Virus record (IMG/VR): IMGVR_UViG_3300020042_005997
Coordinates: 1-33,477 of that record
Length of the DNA: 33,477 nucleotides
Strand: one strand, 5' to 3'
Source: a virus
Taxonomy: Duplodnaviria > Caudoviricetes
The stretch's first letter is position 1; every line of letters starts with the position of its first letter. The translations under genes and the position numbers were made by a program. Below, piece after piece: positions 1 through 9,610 of this stretch. Under the pieces are notes generated by a model that was not told the DNA's origin, did not search any database, and saw only the letters and a program-made list of their open reading frames with translations.

Positions 1-1475
1 TGATTGTTGTCTATGATTTTATGTGTGTATATGGCAAAGGTAAAAGTAACTTTTTAGTTATGGGTAGTAATGACACCAAACCAATCGCACTTAGCCAATG
101 CTATGATAACACCATAGGCTTCAACGCTGAGACCATAGCTTCACGCATCAATATCCCTGCAACATTGCAAAATGAGGTCATAAACTGGCAACGCATATCA
201 AGGTCGAATGTTACAGGTGCTCAGGATAGCGCATACAAGATACTTAGTTGGATTGCAGATGATGGAACATACATAAACCAAAACTATCCCTACGTAAACA
301 TTGCGAATTTTAGATATGTGTTATACGATTATAATTATGATGATTTTGTGACATTTGATATTCCGATGGAATTCATTGAGGGTGGATTGATTCACATTCC
401 TGCAGGATTAAAGAATTTAGTTGATGGCTCATTTATAACGCAAGCACAAGCGGATGATACTTCCTTTTGGACTATTGTCGGAGTAGATGGAGACGATGTT
501 GAGGTGACTGCAAAATATGGATTTTACATTGATGAGGATTGCAAACACAACCCAGTCCATTTATATTGGCTCAATCAATTGGGTGGATGGGATAGCTACT
601 CATTTATTAAAAAGAATGAAAGGTCTATTGATGTCGAAAAGAAACGATACAAGACTTATTTGGGTAACTATAACACGGCAGATGTAGATACTCCATTTGA
701 TACCAAAAACTATTCAAGGTCACTCAATGAGCGTGAGCCAATCACAAAGACTTTCATTAACTTAACAAGCGACTGGGTGACTGAGTCGGAGTACAAATGG
801 ATGAGAGATTTATTCTACTCAAAATCGGTGTGGATGGTGGATGATAACGTAGATGGTTACAACATCTTACCGGTGGTTGTTGAAGACACAAACTACTTGA
901 TGAGAAGGGAGCGCAATAGTCGCAAATATAACCAATCTTTGAGACTTCAATTGGCTAACGAATACGACACCATCAATATCACATCTTATGAGTATCCGTT
1001 GCCTGATCCGAATCCCTGCACAATTGTAGATTCAGTTGCGGTGGTTGCTGCAAATGGTATGGCAAATGTATCACCAACTCCAAACGAATACCCAGTTGTG
1101 TTCCAAGCGACTAATTGGGGTATCAATGGCGGTACTAAATATCAGCCTAAGATTTGGAACGTGAATGGTCAGCCATCCGATACAAATGGATTGGTTACTG
1201 GTCAAACGTACAGAGTTGAAATCACTTTGAGTGTGGCAATGAGTGGCTCATTCTATTTCTCTTTTGGTAGGTTTAGCAGTGCGCCATCGTTTAATGGATG
1301 GGATTGGGAATTGAATGGGGCATTAACCACAACGCAAGTAAATAACTTGGTGTGGAATCCTTACAATCTAAGCGGTGGCACGGGTATCTATGGAATCATT
1401 GGTAAGGCAGGATTGACATTCCCCGGATATAATGGTACAATAACAATAAATGTCTACTCAGGTAGCGGTTGCTAA
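1..1475 (+). CDS. Tail structural protein (distal-tail-like), 5'-truncated allele 1 of 28905-30770
   Basis: The 484-aa ORF aligns with the C-terminal part of the 621-aa ORF at 28905. It has the WLNxLGGWDSYSF motif and lies directly upstream of the large tail protein. Confidence 0.7.
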   Translation, partial: IVVYDFMCVYGKGKSNFLVMGSNDTKPIALSQCYDNTIGFNAETIASRINIPATLQNEVINWQRISRSNVTGAQDSAYKILSWIADDGTYINQNYPYVNIANFRYVLYDYNYDDFVTFDIPMEFIEGGLIHIPAGLKNLVDGSFITQAQADDTSFWTIVGVDGDDVEVTAKYGFYIDEDCKHNPVHLYWLNQLGGWDSYSFIKKNERSIDVEKKRYKTYLGNYNTADVDTPFDTKNYSRSLNEREPITKTFINLTSDWVTESEYKWMRDLFYSKSVWMVDDNVDGYNILPVVVEDTNYLMRRERNSRKYNQSLRLQLANEYDTINITSYEYPLPDPNPCTIVDSVAVVAANGMANVSPTPNEYPVVFQATNWGINGGTKYQPKIWNVNGQPSDTNGLVTGQTYRVEITLSVAMSGSFYFSFGRFSSAPSFNGWDWELNGALTTTQVNNLVWNPYNLSGGTGIYGIIGKAGLTFPGYNGTITINVYSGSGC

Positions 1476-4193
1476 TTATGGAAACAGCACTAATTTTATA
1501 CACGCAAGGTGACAATACACCTTACTTAGTTGACCTTTACGAGAATGAGAACATCTCTTTGAACTACTCATTTAATGACATCAAAGACCTCACACCACGT
1601 GGTAACTATTCACGCACATTTCGCATACCATTTACTGAGACCAACGCTAAAATATTTGGGTTTGTACAAGAGAATACATTTCAATTCAGTGGGTTTAATC
1701 CAAAGCGCAAAATCAATGCATCAATAACAGTTGATACCATACCAATCATAGAGGGATATGTTCAATTTAAGGCAGCCTATACAAGCAATGGGGAGGTGAG
1801 TGATTTGGAGATTGTATTCTTCGGTAACGTTGTGGACTTTTTCAAGACCATTGGAGATGCTGATTTCAAAAACTACATTGGTGCTGAATTGCAAATTGAT
1901 TACGATGTAGTTTTAACCTATGATAACTTAGCCACATTAAACGCATCAAATGAAGTTTATCTTGGGTTTTCTGATAGAGGTCAAAATTGGGTAGGTGAAA
2001 TCAATGAAACGGGTACACGTTCAATCTATTCAACAAATGAATCCACTGTTCCTGCGGTTGGTGAACTCACACCAATGGTGTCATCACGTTATATCTTTGA
2101 CAAGATTTTTTCTTTGAGTGGTTTTCAATTCAATGATACCGATAGTGCTACATTGGTAGAGCAATTGGATAAAATGTGGATACCGTGGAGTGGTGAAGCT
2201 GGATATATTCAAACCGTTGGCAATCCTGAAACTGCTAAATTCAAATTGGAAGGAGGTGTCGATGGAGATACCATTACAAGCGCAGATTTTAGCGCAATTA
2301 CTTTGGACAATGGGTTAACTTTTTATGGCGCTCCACTTTCGGCAATAACTGAAGTCTTTGACTATGGCAATAACGTAACTGGCAATCAGTACACTGCGCC
2401 TATTTCAGCACGTTATATTTTGCAAGGGAATTGTGTAGCAGAAATAGATACAGCTTTACCAATTGGATTTCAATTATTATTTGGATTAGTTCGCACGTAT
2501 GCAGGACAAAAGCAATTGTATCCATATACATCGCCATTTCCTTTTTATGATGCACAAGCTGGAACAGATGAATTGAACACTCCAAAAATTGCAAGCGCTT
2601 ATTCATCTTGGAGTGCAACAACCATAGCTGATAATTACATTCCAGAAGGAGCAACTATTGAGCCTTATATATTATTTGGAAGTTCTGCGATATTATCTTG
2701 GGCTGGCACAATCACTTTAAGAAATGATGCAGGTGGCTCATTCACTACTTTGTTTAAGTCCAACTCCATCACTAAACCATATTTTGGTAATCCAATTGAT
2801 TGGGCGGCAAATGCGCCAATAATGAAATGCAATGAGTTTATATCATCACTTTTCAAGATGTTCAATTTGGTGGTTATTGCTGACGATATTAACCCAAGAT
2901 TGTTGTCATTTATACCGATTCAAGAATATTTAGCGCAAGGCAATACCAAAGATTGGTCGAATAAAATAGACCTTTCCAAAGACATCACACTTACATCAAC
3001 TGCTGACTACCAAGCGCAGCAAAATACTTGGACTTACAAGGCATCAACTGACTACATCAATAGTCTTTACAATTCGCAAGGAGACCGTATTTATGGTAGG
3101 TTATTATTGATTGATCCCGAAAACGACTTTGCAACCAAAGAACAAAAGACTGAATTGATGTTCAGTCCTACACCTTTGGCACTAATCAAAGGAACGGAAT
3201 TCCCTATACCGAAATTCATCAATAATACGGGGCAATATGTCAATGCAGGTGTTAAGATATTATACCAAAGTGCTACTTCATTAACTATAAATTTATTCAA
3301 CAATGATGCACAAACAATTGTATCCGAAACATTGACTCTTTTTAGCCATTATACAACAGCAATTCCATCTATTTCGGATGAAGATTTGAACTTTGGGCAG
3401 GAGATACCATTGCATCCAATTGGTTCAACACCTTGGCAAACATTATACGCACGTTATTGGAATGATTACATCGCTGACATTTACGCACCTGATGCACGAA
3501 TTATTGAAGCGTTTTTTGCGTTAGACTTTGCAGACATTTATCAGTTCAAATTTAATGATAAAATCTTTATTAAAGATTCATATTGGAGGATTCTTGAAAT
3601 CAGCGACTATGTGGTAGGTATGCAGGACACGGTTAAGGTGCGACTGATTAAAATGGTAAGCGCAACTCCCGATTGTTTATTGCATCCAGGCCCTACAATT
3701 AACGTAGATGGTAGCGTTCCTTTCTTAGATAGCAATGATGATGCTGCGGCTGCAACAGAAGCGTGTTGTGATAAGTATGGTTATTTTTGGGTGAACTCTG
3801 ATTGCTTTGCTATTTTAAGAGATGGCAAGGGTTCAGGTGGTAAAGAGCCATCAATATTGAATGATACAAGTACACCTACATCAGACGTTAACAACTCAAA
3901 GAATGGATTGATACAAGTCAATAATTCAGTAGTTAAAGAAGGTAATGATAGGTCTATTGTGATAAGTGATACAAGCTATCTCGGTTCAAATAATAACGGC
4001 TCATTTGTCAGTGGAAATAGAAACTATGTAGAGGATGGATTGGGTAGTGTTACCGTACTTGGCGATTCAGCAAATACAATTAACCGAGAGGTGACCATTG
4101 GTAGCGGTGGAACGTATGCAGGTGAATACCAAAGCGGTATGATTCAACTGTTGGGTAGTGGGGATTTCACCAATGATACCACACCAATAACAT
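1..4193 (+). repeat. Diverged direct repeat, copy 1 (matches 29296-33477)
   Basis: ATG at 21 aligns with 29316 and the stop ending 1475 with 30770 (offset 29295). The window end CCAATAACAT matches sequence ending at 4193. Colinear, with many synonymous and some amino-acid differences. Confidence 0.97.
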
Positions 4194-4525
4194 TAACCAA
4201 TTTTGGTAACTACATAACAATGCCAGATGACTGCGTGTGGTATGCAAAATTGATGCTAACTATTGGACAAATAAGCGCAGGAATAGACGGCAATGGAGTA
4301 GTAGAATTCAACTTGCATTTAGCCACAAGCGCAGGGGTGTTATCCGTGAAAGATGCAATCATTGTGAGCGAAAATCTTGAAACATTTAGCGGCAATTTTC
4401 AATTTGATGTGGACATTATCGGACTAACTTTTGCACCACGTTTGCTATTAAAAAATGATACCTATCCGCAAGACAATATTTTTGTTGGAGGTCAAATAAT
4501 TTACAATCAATATCACTATGAATAA
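1478..4525 (+). CDS. Large tail tip/hub protein, allele 1
   Basis: ~1015 aa from ATG 1478 (METALIL). The N-terminus (DLYENENISLNYSFNDIKD..NYSRTFRIP) resembles siphovirus tail hub proteins; the C-terminus is Gly/Asn/Ser-rich and beta-like. Confidence 0.7.
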   Translation: METALILYTQGDNTPYLVDLYENENISLNYSFNDIKDLTPRGNYSRTFRIPFTETNAKIFGFVQENTFQFSGFNPKRKINASITVDTIPIIEGYVQFKAAYTSNGEVSDLEIVFFGNVVDFFKTIGDADFKNYIGAELQIDYDVVLTYDNLATLNASNEVYLGFSDRGQNWVGEINETGTRSIYSTNESTVPAVGELTPMVSSRYIFDKIFSLSGFQFNDTDSATLVEQLDKMWIPWSGEAGYIQTVGNPETAKFKLEGGVDGDTITSADFSAITLDNGLTFYGAPLSAITEVFDYGNNVTGNQYTAPISARYILQGNCVAEIDTALPIGFQLLFGLVRTYAGQKQLYPYTSPFPFYDAQAGTDELNTPKIASAYSSWSATTIADNYIPEGATIEPYILFGSSAILSWAGTITLRNDAGGSFTTLFKSNSITKPYFGNPIDWAANAPIMKCNEFISSLFKMFNLVVIADDINPRLLSFIPIQEYLAQGNTKDWSNKIDLSKDITLTSTADYQAQQNTWTYKASTDYINSLYNSQGDRIYGRLLLIDPENDFATKEQKTELMFSPTPLALIKGTEFPIPKFINNTGQYVNAGVKILYQSATSLTINLFNNDAQTIVSETLTLFSHYTTAIPSISDEDLNFGQEIPLHPIGSTPWQTLYARYWNDYIADIYAPDARIIEAFFALDFADIYQFKFNDKIFIKDSYWRILEISDYVVGMQDTVKVRLIKMVSATPDCLLHPGPTINVDGSVPFLDSNDDAAAATEACCDKYGYFWVNSDCFAILRDGKGSGGKEPSILNDTSTPTSDVNNSKNGLIQVNNSVVKEGNDRSIVISDTSYLGSNNNGSFVSGNRNYVEDGLGSVTVLGDSANTINREVTIGSGGTYAGEYQSGMIQLLGSGDFTNDTTPITLTNFGNYITMPDDCVWYAKLMLTIGQISAGIDGNGVVEFNLHLATSAGVLSVKDAIIVSENLETFSGNFQFDVDIIGLTFAPRLLLKNDTYPQDNIFVGGQIIYNQYHYE

Positions 4526-4700
4526 TCCACAGCAGACATTCAAGAACATTTGCGAAATGCAAAAGATGGGCATCAAGTCAAGCCATCCATCAAGCGAAAA
4601 TAAGTTACCAAATTGGCTCACAAAAAGCATCAATTATACCATTGTTGCTACTTTAATTGTAGGCACTATTTATTTAATTAAACTTATTTGCAATGGCTGA
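4518..4700 (+). CDS. Small protein with C-terminal transmembrane helix
   Basis: 60 aa, overlaps both neighbours by 8 nt, hydrophobic stretch TIVATLIVGTIYLI. Confidence 0.6.
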   Translation: MNNPQQTFKNICEMQKMGIKSSHPSSENKLPNWLTKSINYTIVATLIVGTIYLIKLICNG

Positions 4701-6273
4701 TAATAAAGTTGTTTTAGAATTTGAACTGCAAGGTAACGCAACCGAAAAGACGCAGTCATTAAGGGCGCAAATGCGTCAATTGCGGGAAGAACTGGCAAAG
4801 CTACCGGAAGGCACTGCTGAATATAACAAGGTGCAAAGACAGTTGGGGGAACTGACTGATAAAGTAGGTGATTTAAGTAGGTCGGTAAACACGTTAGCAG
4901 GTGATCCATTGGAGAGATTGAACAACTCCTTTGGAATGATTGGCTCATCCATTCTTTCTTTGGACTTTGGCGCAGCACAAACTGGATTGCAAGGGGTAAC
5001 CAGTGCCATTAAAGATTTCAAATTTGGAGACCTCACAAAAGCTGCGAAAGGATTTGGAAGCACGATGATGGATTTGGGTAAGGCATTACTTACCAACCCA
5101 ATCTTTTTAATTGGTGGAATCATTGCTTTAATCGTTGCAAATTTTGAAGCATTAACAGAGGCAGGTGGATTGGTTGGAAAGATGTTTGGATTTCTGAAAA
5201 CAACCATTGATTCAGTTACGCAAGGTCTTGTAGATTTTATGGACTGGATAGGGTTAACTGATTCCAAAGCGGGTGAACGTGCTGAGAACGAAAAGAAAAG
5301 AGCAGAGGAACAAAAGAAGTTGAAAGATGAGGAACTTAAAAAGGCTAAAGAAGTTGAAGAACAAAAAGAAAAGTTAGCAAAAGAGGCAGCAGAAAAAGAG
5401 GCTGCGAGAATGCAGAAAATTAGAGACGACCAAAAGTCATTAACGGATTTTTTATTAGGTGAAAATGAAAAGCGTTATCAAAATCTTTTAACCAATCGTG
5501 AAAAAGAACTTCGTCAACTTCAATTGGATTATGAGCAAAAGAAAAAACTTGCACACGGTGACAAAGAACTTTTAGTTGCATTAGATAATGAGTTAAATGC
5601 CCAAAGATTAGCAATAGAATCAAAATATTTTACTGCGTCAAAAGAGATTAAAACTGCATCAGTACAAGAAGATACAAAAATAAAATCTGATGGATTAAGG
5701 TCTACTATTCAATTTGCAACTGACGAAGAACTGGTTTTAGAAGAAAGTGCAAATACTCAAAGAGAAATTGAAAGTAGTTTGTACGAACATCGTAATATGT
5801 TGGCGCAAGCATCATTGGGCGCATTGGGTTCATTAGCTGATGCGTTAACTGCGAATGGTGTATTGAATGCTAAACAATCTTTCAAGGTCAATAAATCTTT
5901 GCAATTAGCACAAGCAGGAATGAGCGCAGTGCAAGCAGTACAATCAGTTTTAGCAGATCCAACTTTGGTAGGGCCTGCACGTTTTATAGCTGCTGCTGCT
6001 GCTGGTATTACAGGTGCGGCGAATGTCGCTAAAATTGCAGCAATGAAATTTAATCCAGGCACATCAACAACTCCAAACACAAATACAAATCTTGGTGGGG
6101 GTGGTATGGGTGCAGGTGGTGGATCAACATCTGCTCCAGCACTTGACCTTTCTTTCCTAAACAACGGACAAACCAAAGCACAACCGATTCAAAGTTACGT
6201 TTTAGCTACTAATGTGACAAGCGCTCAAGACGCACAACAGAAGATTTTAGACCAATCAAAACTAATAAAATAA
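4693..6273 (+). CDS. Tape measure protein
   Basis: 526 aa, helical/coiled-coil, with a hydrophobic LLTNPIFLIGGIIALIVA segment, a charged central coil and an Ala/Gly-rich C-terminus; adjacent to tail genes. Confidence 0.75.
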   Translation: MADNKVVLEFELQGNATEKTQSLRAQMRQLREELAKLPEGTAEYNKVQRQLGELTDKVGDLSRSVNTLAGDPLERLNNSFGMIGSSILSLDFGAAQTGLQGVTSAIKDFKFGDLTKAAKGFGSTMMDLGKALLTNPIFLIGGIIALIVANFEALTEAGGLVGKMFGFLKTTIDSVTQGLVDFMDWIGLTDSKAGERAENEKKRAEEQKKLKDEELKKAKEVEEQKEKLAKEAAEKEAARMQKIRDDQKSLTDFLLGENEKRYQNLLTNREKELRQLQLDYEQKKKLAHGDKELLVALDNELNAQRLAIESKYFTASKEIKTASVQEDTKIKSDGLRSTIQFATDEELVLEESANTQREIESSLYEHRNMLAQASLGALGSLADALTANGVLNAKQSFKVNKSLQLAQAGMSAVQAVQSVLADPTLVGPARFIAAAAAGITGAANVAKIAAMKFNPGTSTTPNTNTNLGGGGMGAGGGSTSAPALDLSFLNNGQTKAQPIQSYVLATNVTSAQDAQQKILDQSKLIK

Positions 6274-6274
6274 A

Positions 6275-6871
6275 ATGAAAGAAGAAGAAGTAAAAGTCAT
6301 TGAGTATACCATTGATGATAGTGGATACCTTGGAGTACACGCAATGTCATTGGTAGAAAATCCCGCTATTGAAGTGGATTTTGTAGCACTATCTAAAACA
6401 CGCAAAGTACAACAAGCTGCGGTTGAAGAAGGCGAAAGAAAAATGGTATATGGTGCGGTGATGCTACCTGAACAATTGATATACCGAGTTGATACCGCAG
6501 GTCGTGAGTATTATTGCAAATATTCAAAGGAGACAATCAATAAGATAGCGCAGGAATATCTTAAAAGGAATATGCATCACAACTCAAATCTTGAACACGA
6601 GATACCAGTTGCAGGATGCACCGTTGTTGAGTCTTGGATAACAGAAGGTCAATTTGATAAAAGTCAAAACTTTGGTTTCTCCTTTCCGGAAGGAACGTGG
6701 TGCATAGGTATGAAGATAGATAACGACGAAGTGTGGGCATCAATTAAGCAAGGCGATGTCAAAGGCTTTTCATTGGAAGGATTCTTTACTGAGATATCAG
6801 ACGAATATATGACTCAACAAGAGATAGAAAAGATAATGAAGGAACTCGAAAACGAGTTAAGCGGTTTGTAA
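6275..6871 (+). CDS. Prohead serine protease, XkdF-like
   Basis: Motifs VYGAVMLP, NLEHE, VVESWI, GTW, VW..IKQGDVKGFSLEG; directly upstream of scaffold and capsid. Confidence 0.8.
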   Translation: MKEEEVKVIEYTIDDSGYLGVHAMSLVENPAIEVDFVALSKTRKVQQAAVEEGERKMVYGAVMLPEQLIYRVDTAGREYYCKYSKETINKIAQEYLKRNMHHNSNLEHEIPVAGCTVVESWITEGQFDKSQNFGFSFPEGTWCIGMKIDNDEVWASIKQGDVKGFSLEGFFTEISDEYMTQQEIEKIMKELENELSGL

Positions 6872-6903
6872 GATTACACCAGTGCAGGTGTATGTTTACC
6901 CGA

Positions 6904-6937
6904 CAAAAAAGCCCTCCACGTTTGGAGGGCTTCTTTG
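6904..6937. terminator. Intrinsic terminator, probably bidirectional
   Basis: AAGCCCTCCA-cgtt-TGGAGGGCTT perfect stem with an A-tract on the left and a T-rich tract on the right. Confidence 0.85.
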
Positions 6938-7028
6938 TTGAAACAACTAAACAAAACTTAAACGAAAACTATGCTGGAACAAAAGTAGTGTTTTTGCTAC
7001 TTATGATTAGAAAAAATAAAATATAGAT

Positions 7029-7616
7029 ATGAACAAGGTAACAGAAATTGTTTCTAAGTACGCAGATAGATTGAAAGCATTCGGCATTCAATTGTCAGCC
7101 GAAGGAGAAATAACAAAGGAGCAACAGATGGCAATGGCCATTCTTGCAGATGGCACTGAGGTATATTCTCCAGATGCTGAATTCGCTGTTGGTAGCGAGT
7201 TATTCGTAATGGATGCAGAAGGCAACCCAATGCCAGCACCTGATGGAGAACACACAACTGCCGAAGGTAAAATGATTGTAGTTAGCGGTGGAGTAATCGC
7301 TGAAATCAAAGAACCAATGGAAGAAGAACCAAAGGTTGAAATCGAAATTGAAAAGGAAGAACAAGCTGCTTTCGATGGAGTAAGTAGAGAGGAATTTGAA
7401 AGCACAATCAATTCATTGGTTGAAGCATTCGAGGCAAAGATTGCAACATTGAACGCTGAGAAAGAGACTCTTTCTGCAACCATTCAAAAGATGTCAAAGC
7501 AGCCAGCTACCGATTCAGTTAAGAAATCAGTTTCAGTTGCACAATCTGCACCAATTGACTTGGCGAAAATGGATTCTAAAAACAGAATCTTCTCAATCAT
7601 AAACAAATACAAATAA
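7029..7616 (+). CDS. Capsid scaffolding protein (putative)
   Basis: Acidic 195-aa protein (PAPDGEHTT motif, C-terminal coiled coil) between the protease and the major capsid gene. Confidence 0.65.
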   Translation: MNKVTEIVSKYADRLKAFGIQLSAEGEITKEQQMAMAILADGTEVYSPDAEFAVGSELFVMDAEGNPMPAPDGEHTTAEGKMIVVSGGVIAEIKEPMEEEPKVEIEIEKEEQAAFDGVSREEFESTINSLVEAFEAKIATLNAEKETLSATIQKMSKQPATDSVKKSVSVAQSAPIDLAKMDSKNRIFSIINKYK

Positions 7617-7635
7617 AAAATAAAAAAAGAAAAAA

Positions 7636-8568
7636 ATGGCTTCAAGTTTAGAGATCAACAATTCAACCTACGCAGGTGAATTAGCGTTGCCATACATCAA
7701 CGCAGCCATCCTATCAGGAGATACTTTGGCGAAAAATTATGTAACACTTAAGGAAGGTGTAAAGTACAAGGCAGTGATGAAGAAGTTGTCAAATGCGGCA
7801 TCTTTGGTACAAGCTGCATCTTGCGACTTTTCACAAGCTGGAGACTTGCAATTGAATGAGTCAGTTTTGACTGTATCAGATTTGAAGGTAAACTTGGAAT
7901 TGTGCAAAGCTGAATTTGCACGTGACTGGGAAGCTGCTGCAACTGGCCGTGGATTCATCAATGATGTAGTTCCTGCTAATTTCTCTGACTTTTTGATTGG
8001 TTATGCTGCTGCTAAAGTTGCTGAGAATATCGAATTTACAATTTGGCAAGGTACTTCAGGTGCTGGAACTTATCCTGCATTTGATGGATTTGAAGAAATT
8101 GTTGATGTAAATTCTACTTACTACCGTTCAGGATGGTCTGAAGGTGCTGGAACAATGACTGTTGCAACTATTATCGCTAACTTGAATCAAGTAATTGACA
8201 ATTTGCCAGTTGCTTTGATTGGTTCACCTGATACTAAATTGTACATGAATCGCCAGTCTGCTCAGTTCTATCGCCAAGCGGTTGCTGCTGAAGGTTACTT
8301 GCAACAATTCCAAGCGTCTTCAGATTTCAATTTGCAGTTTAACGGATATGATATTTATGTATGTCCGGGTATCAGCAACGGAACTGTAATTGCTGCTCAA
8401 CCTTCTAACTTGTTTGTAGGTGTAGATGCTAACTCTGATTTCGCTGAAGTACGAGTTGTAGATATGACTTTGACTGATGCATCCGATAACGTTCGTATGG
8501 CTATGAGATTCCGTGTAGGAGTCCAAGTAGGTGTATTGGGTGACGTTGTTTATTGCTACAACGACTAA
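7636..8568 (+). CDS. Major capsid protein
   Basis: 310 aa, follows protease and scaffold, A-rich leader, followed by a terminator; YAAAKVAENIEFTIWQG..FDGF segment is consistent with HK97-fold capsids. Confidence 0.8.
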   Translation: MASSLEINNSTYAGELALPYINAAILSGDTLAKNYVTLKEGVKYKAVMKKLSNAASLVQAASCDFSQAGDLQLNESVLTVSDLKVNLELCKAEFARDWEAAATGRGFINDVVPANFSDFLIGYAAAKVAENIEFTIWQGTSGAGTYPAFDGFEEIVDVNSTYYRSGWSEGAGTMTVATIIANLNQVIDNLPVALIGSPDTKLYMNRQSAQFYRQAVAAEGYLQQFQASSDFNLQFNGYDIYVCPGISNGTVIAAQPSNLFVGVDANSDFAEVRVVDMTLTDASDNVRMAMRFRVGVQVGVLGDVVYCYND

Positions 8569-8581
8569 TAAAAACCACAAG

Positions 8582-8620
8582 TAAAGGGGAAGGTGGTTAG
8601 GTCTGCCTTCCCTTTATTTT
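8582..8620 (+). terminator. Intrinsic terminator after the capsid gene
   Basis: AAAGGGGAAGGTGG...CTGCCTTCCCTTT stem followed by ATTTT. Confidence 0.75.
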
Positions 8621-8642
8621 AACTAACTAAAAATATAAAATT

Positions 8643-9188
8643 ATGGCTTGTGAATTAACCGCAGGATTTCAATTAGATTGTAAAGATACAATCGGAGGAA
8701 TCAAAGCAATCTACTTGCAACAACACGCTGACTTTTTGAGTGGTGTAACTGCTGATGCAGGGACTGAAGAAATTGACGCATTGCCTACTGCATCCATCTA
8801 CAAATACATTTGCCCAAAGCATACTGGTAGCTTTAGCGAAGAAGTGGCTTCAAGTGTTGAAAATGGAACAATCTTCTATACACAAACGGTAACCGCTACA
8901 TTCTTTAAGTTGACTGCACCACGCAGAAAGCAATTGGATTTACTTGGCAAAAATCGTTTGGTTGTTTTTGTACAAGATAACAACGACAACATTTGGATGG
9001 TAGGTAGAATGGATGGTGCTGAAGTAACTGCTGCCACAACTGCTACTGGAGTTGCTAAAGGTGATTTGAATGGCTACACCATTACATTGACTGCTGAAGA
9101 AAAATCAAAGGCTTACCGATTGGAATCTTATAGCAATGATCCTTTCGATAACTTCGCAGGTATCACCGTTGTCGCACCAACTATTTAA
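8643..9188 (+). CDS. Major tail tube protein (putative)
   Basis: 181 aa; MAC..L..CKDTIGGIKAIY N-terminus and GDLNGYTITLTAEE C-terminal strand, as I recall for tube proteins of Bacteroidota siphoviruses. Confidence 0.65.
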   Translation: MACELTAGFQLDCKDTIGGIKAIYLQQHADFLSGVTADAGTEEIDALPTASIYKYICPKHTGSFSEEVASSVENGTIFYTQTVTATFFKLTAPRRKQLDLLGKNRLVVFVQDNNDNIWMVGRMDGAEVTAATTATGVAKGDLNGYTITLTAEEKSKAYRLESYSNDPFDNFAGITVVAPTI

Positions 9189-9190
9189 TT

Positions 9191-9198
9191 TATATTTG
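9191..9198 (+). promoter_or_regulatory. Bacteroidota -7 box TATATTTG
   Basis: Matches the TAnnTTTG consensus in the short gap before ATG 9206; no clear -33 box. Confidence 0.45.
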
Positions 9199-9205
9199 TA
9201 AGTAA

Positions 9206-9610
9206 ATGAATTACTTGCAAACCAATACTGCCTCGCAAACCCTTCTTCTTTCATTAGAGGAAGGGGTTTTGCTTTTACCTCCGTTTACGGATTACTTACT
9301 TGTGATTCAAAATGAAATCACATTACAACTATTTGCGGTTATTCCTATTTTAATAGATAGCAATGAGCGAATAACTACTTTGAGCGTTAGCACTGATACA
9401 GATGAGCCTGAAGAAGGATGCGTTTTAATCACTCAAAGTGGTCGTTACAATTATATTATTTATGGTCAAAATTCAAGTACTAACTTAGATCCTGAGGATG
9501 CTGTTGTAGTTGGAGAATTGAAGCGTGGATTCATTGAATTCACTGCGCTAACTGAATACTTTGACCAACCAAACCTAACAATCCCAAATGATATTGAATA
9601 CAATGGCTAA
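9206..9610 (+). CDS. Hypothetical virion protein (possible head closure)
   Basis: 134-aa acidic, beta-rich ORF in the structural operon, overlapping the portal start. Confidence 0.55.
   Translation: MNYLQTNTASQTLLLSLEEGVLLLPPFTDYLLVIQNEITLQLFAVIPILIDSNERITTLSVSTDTDEPEEGCVLITQSGRYNYIIYGQNSSTNLDPEDAVVVGELKRGFIEFTALTEYFDQPNLTIPNDIEYNG

Noticed and set aside
4670-7961. Minus-strand ORFs within the tape measure, scaffold and capsid genes
   Set aside because: Antisense shadows from codon bias (Ser/Pro/Ala-rich), fully nested opposite well-supported genes.
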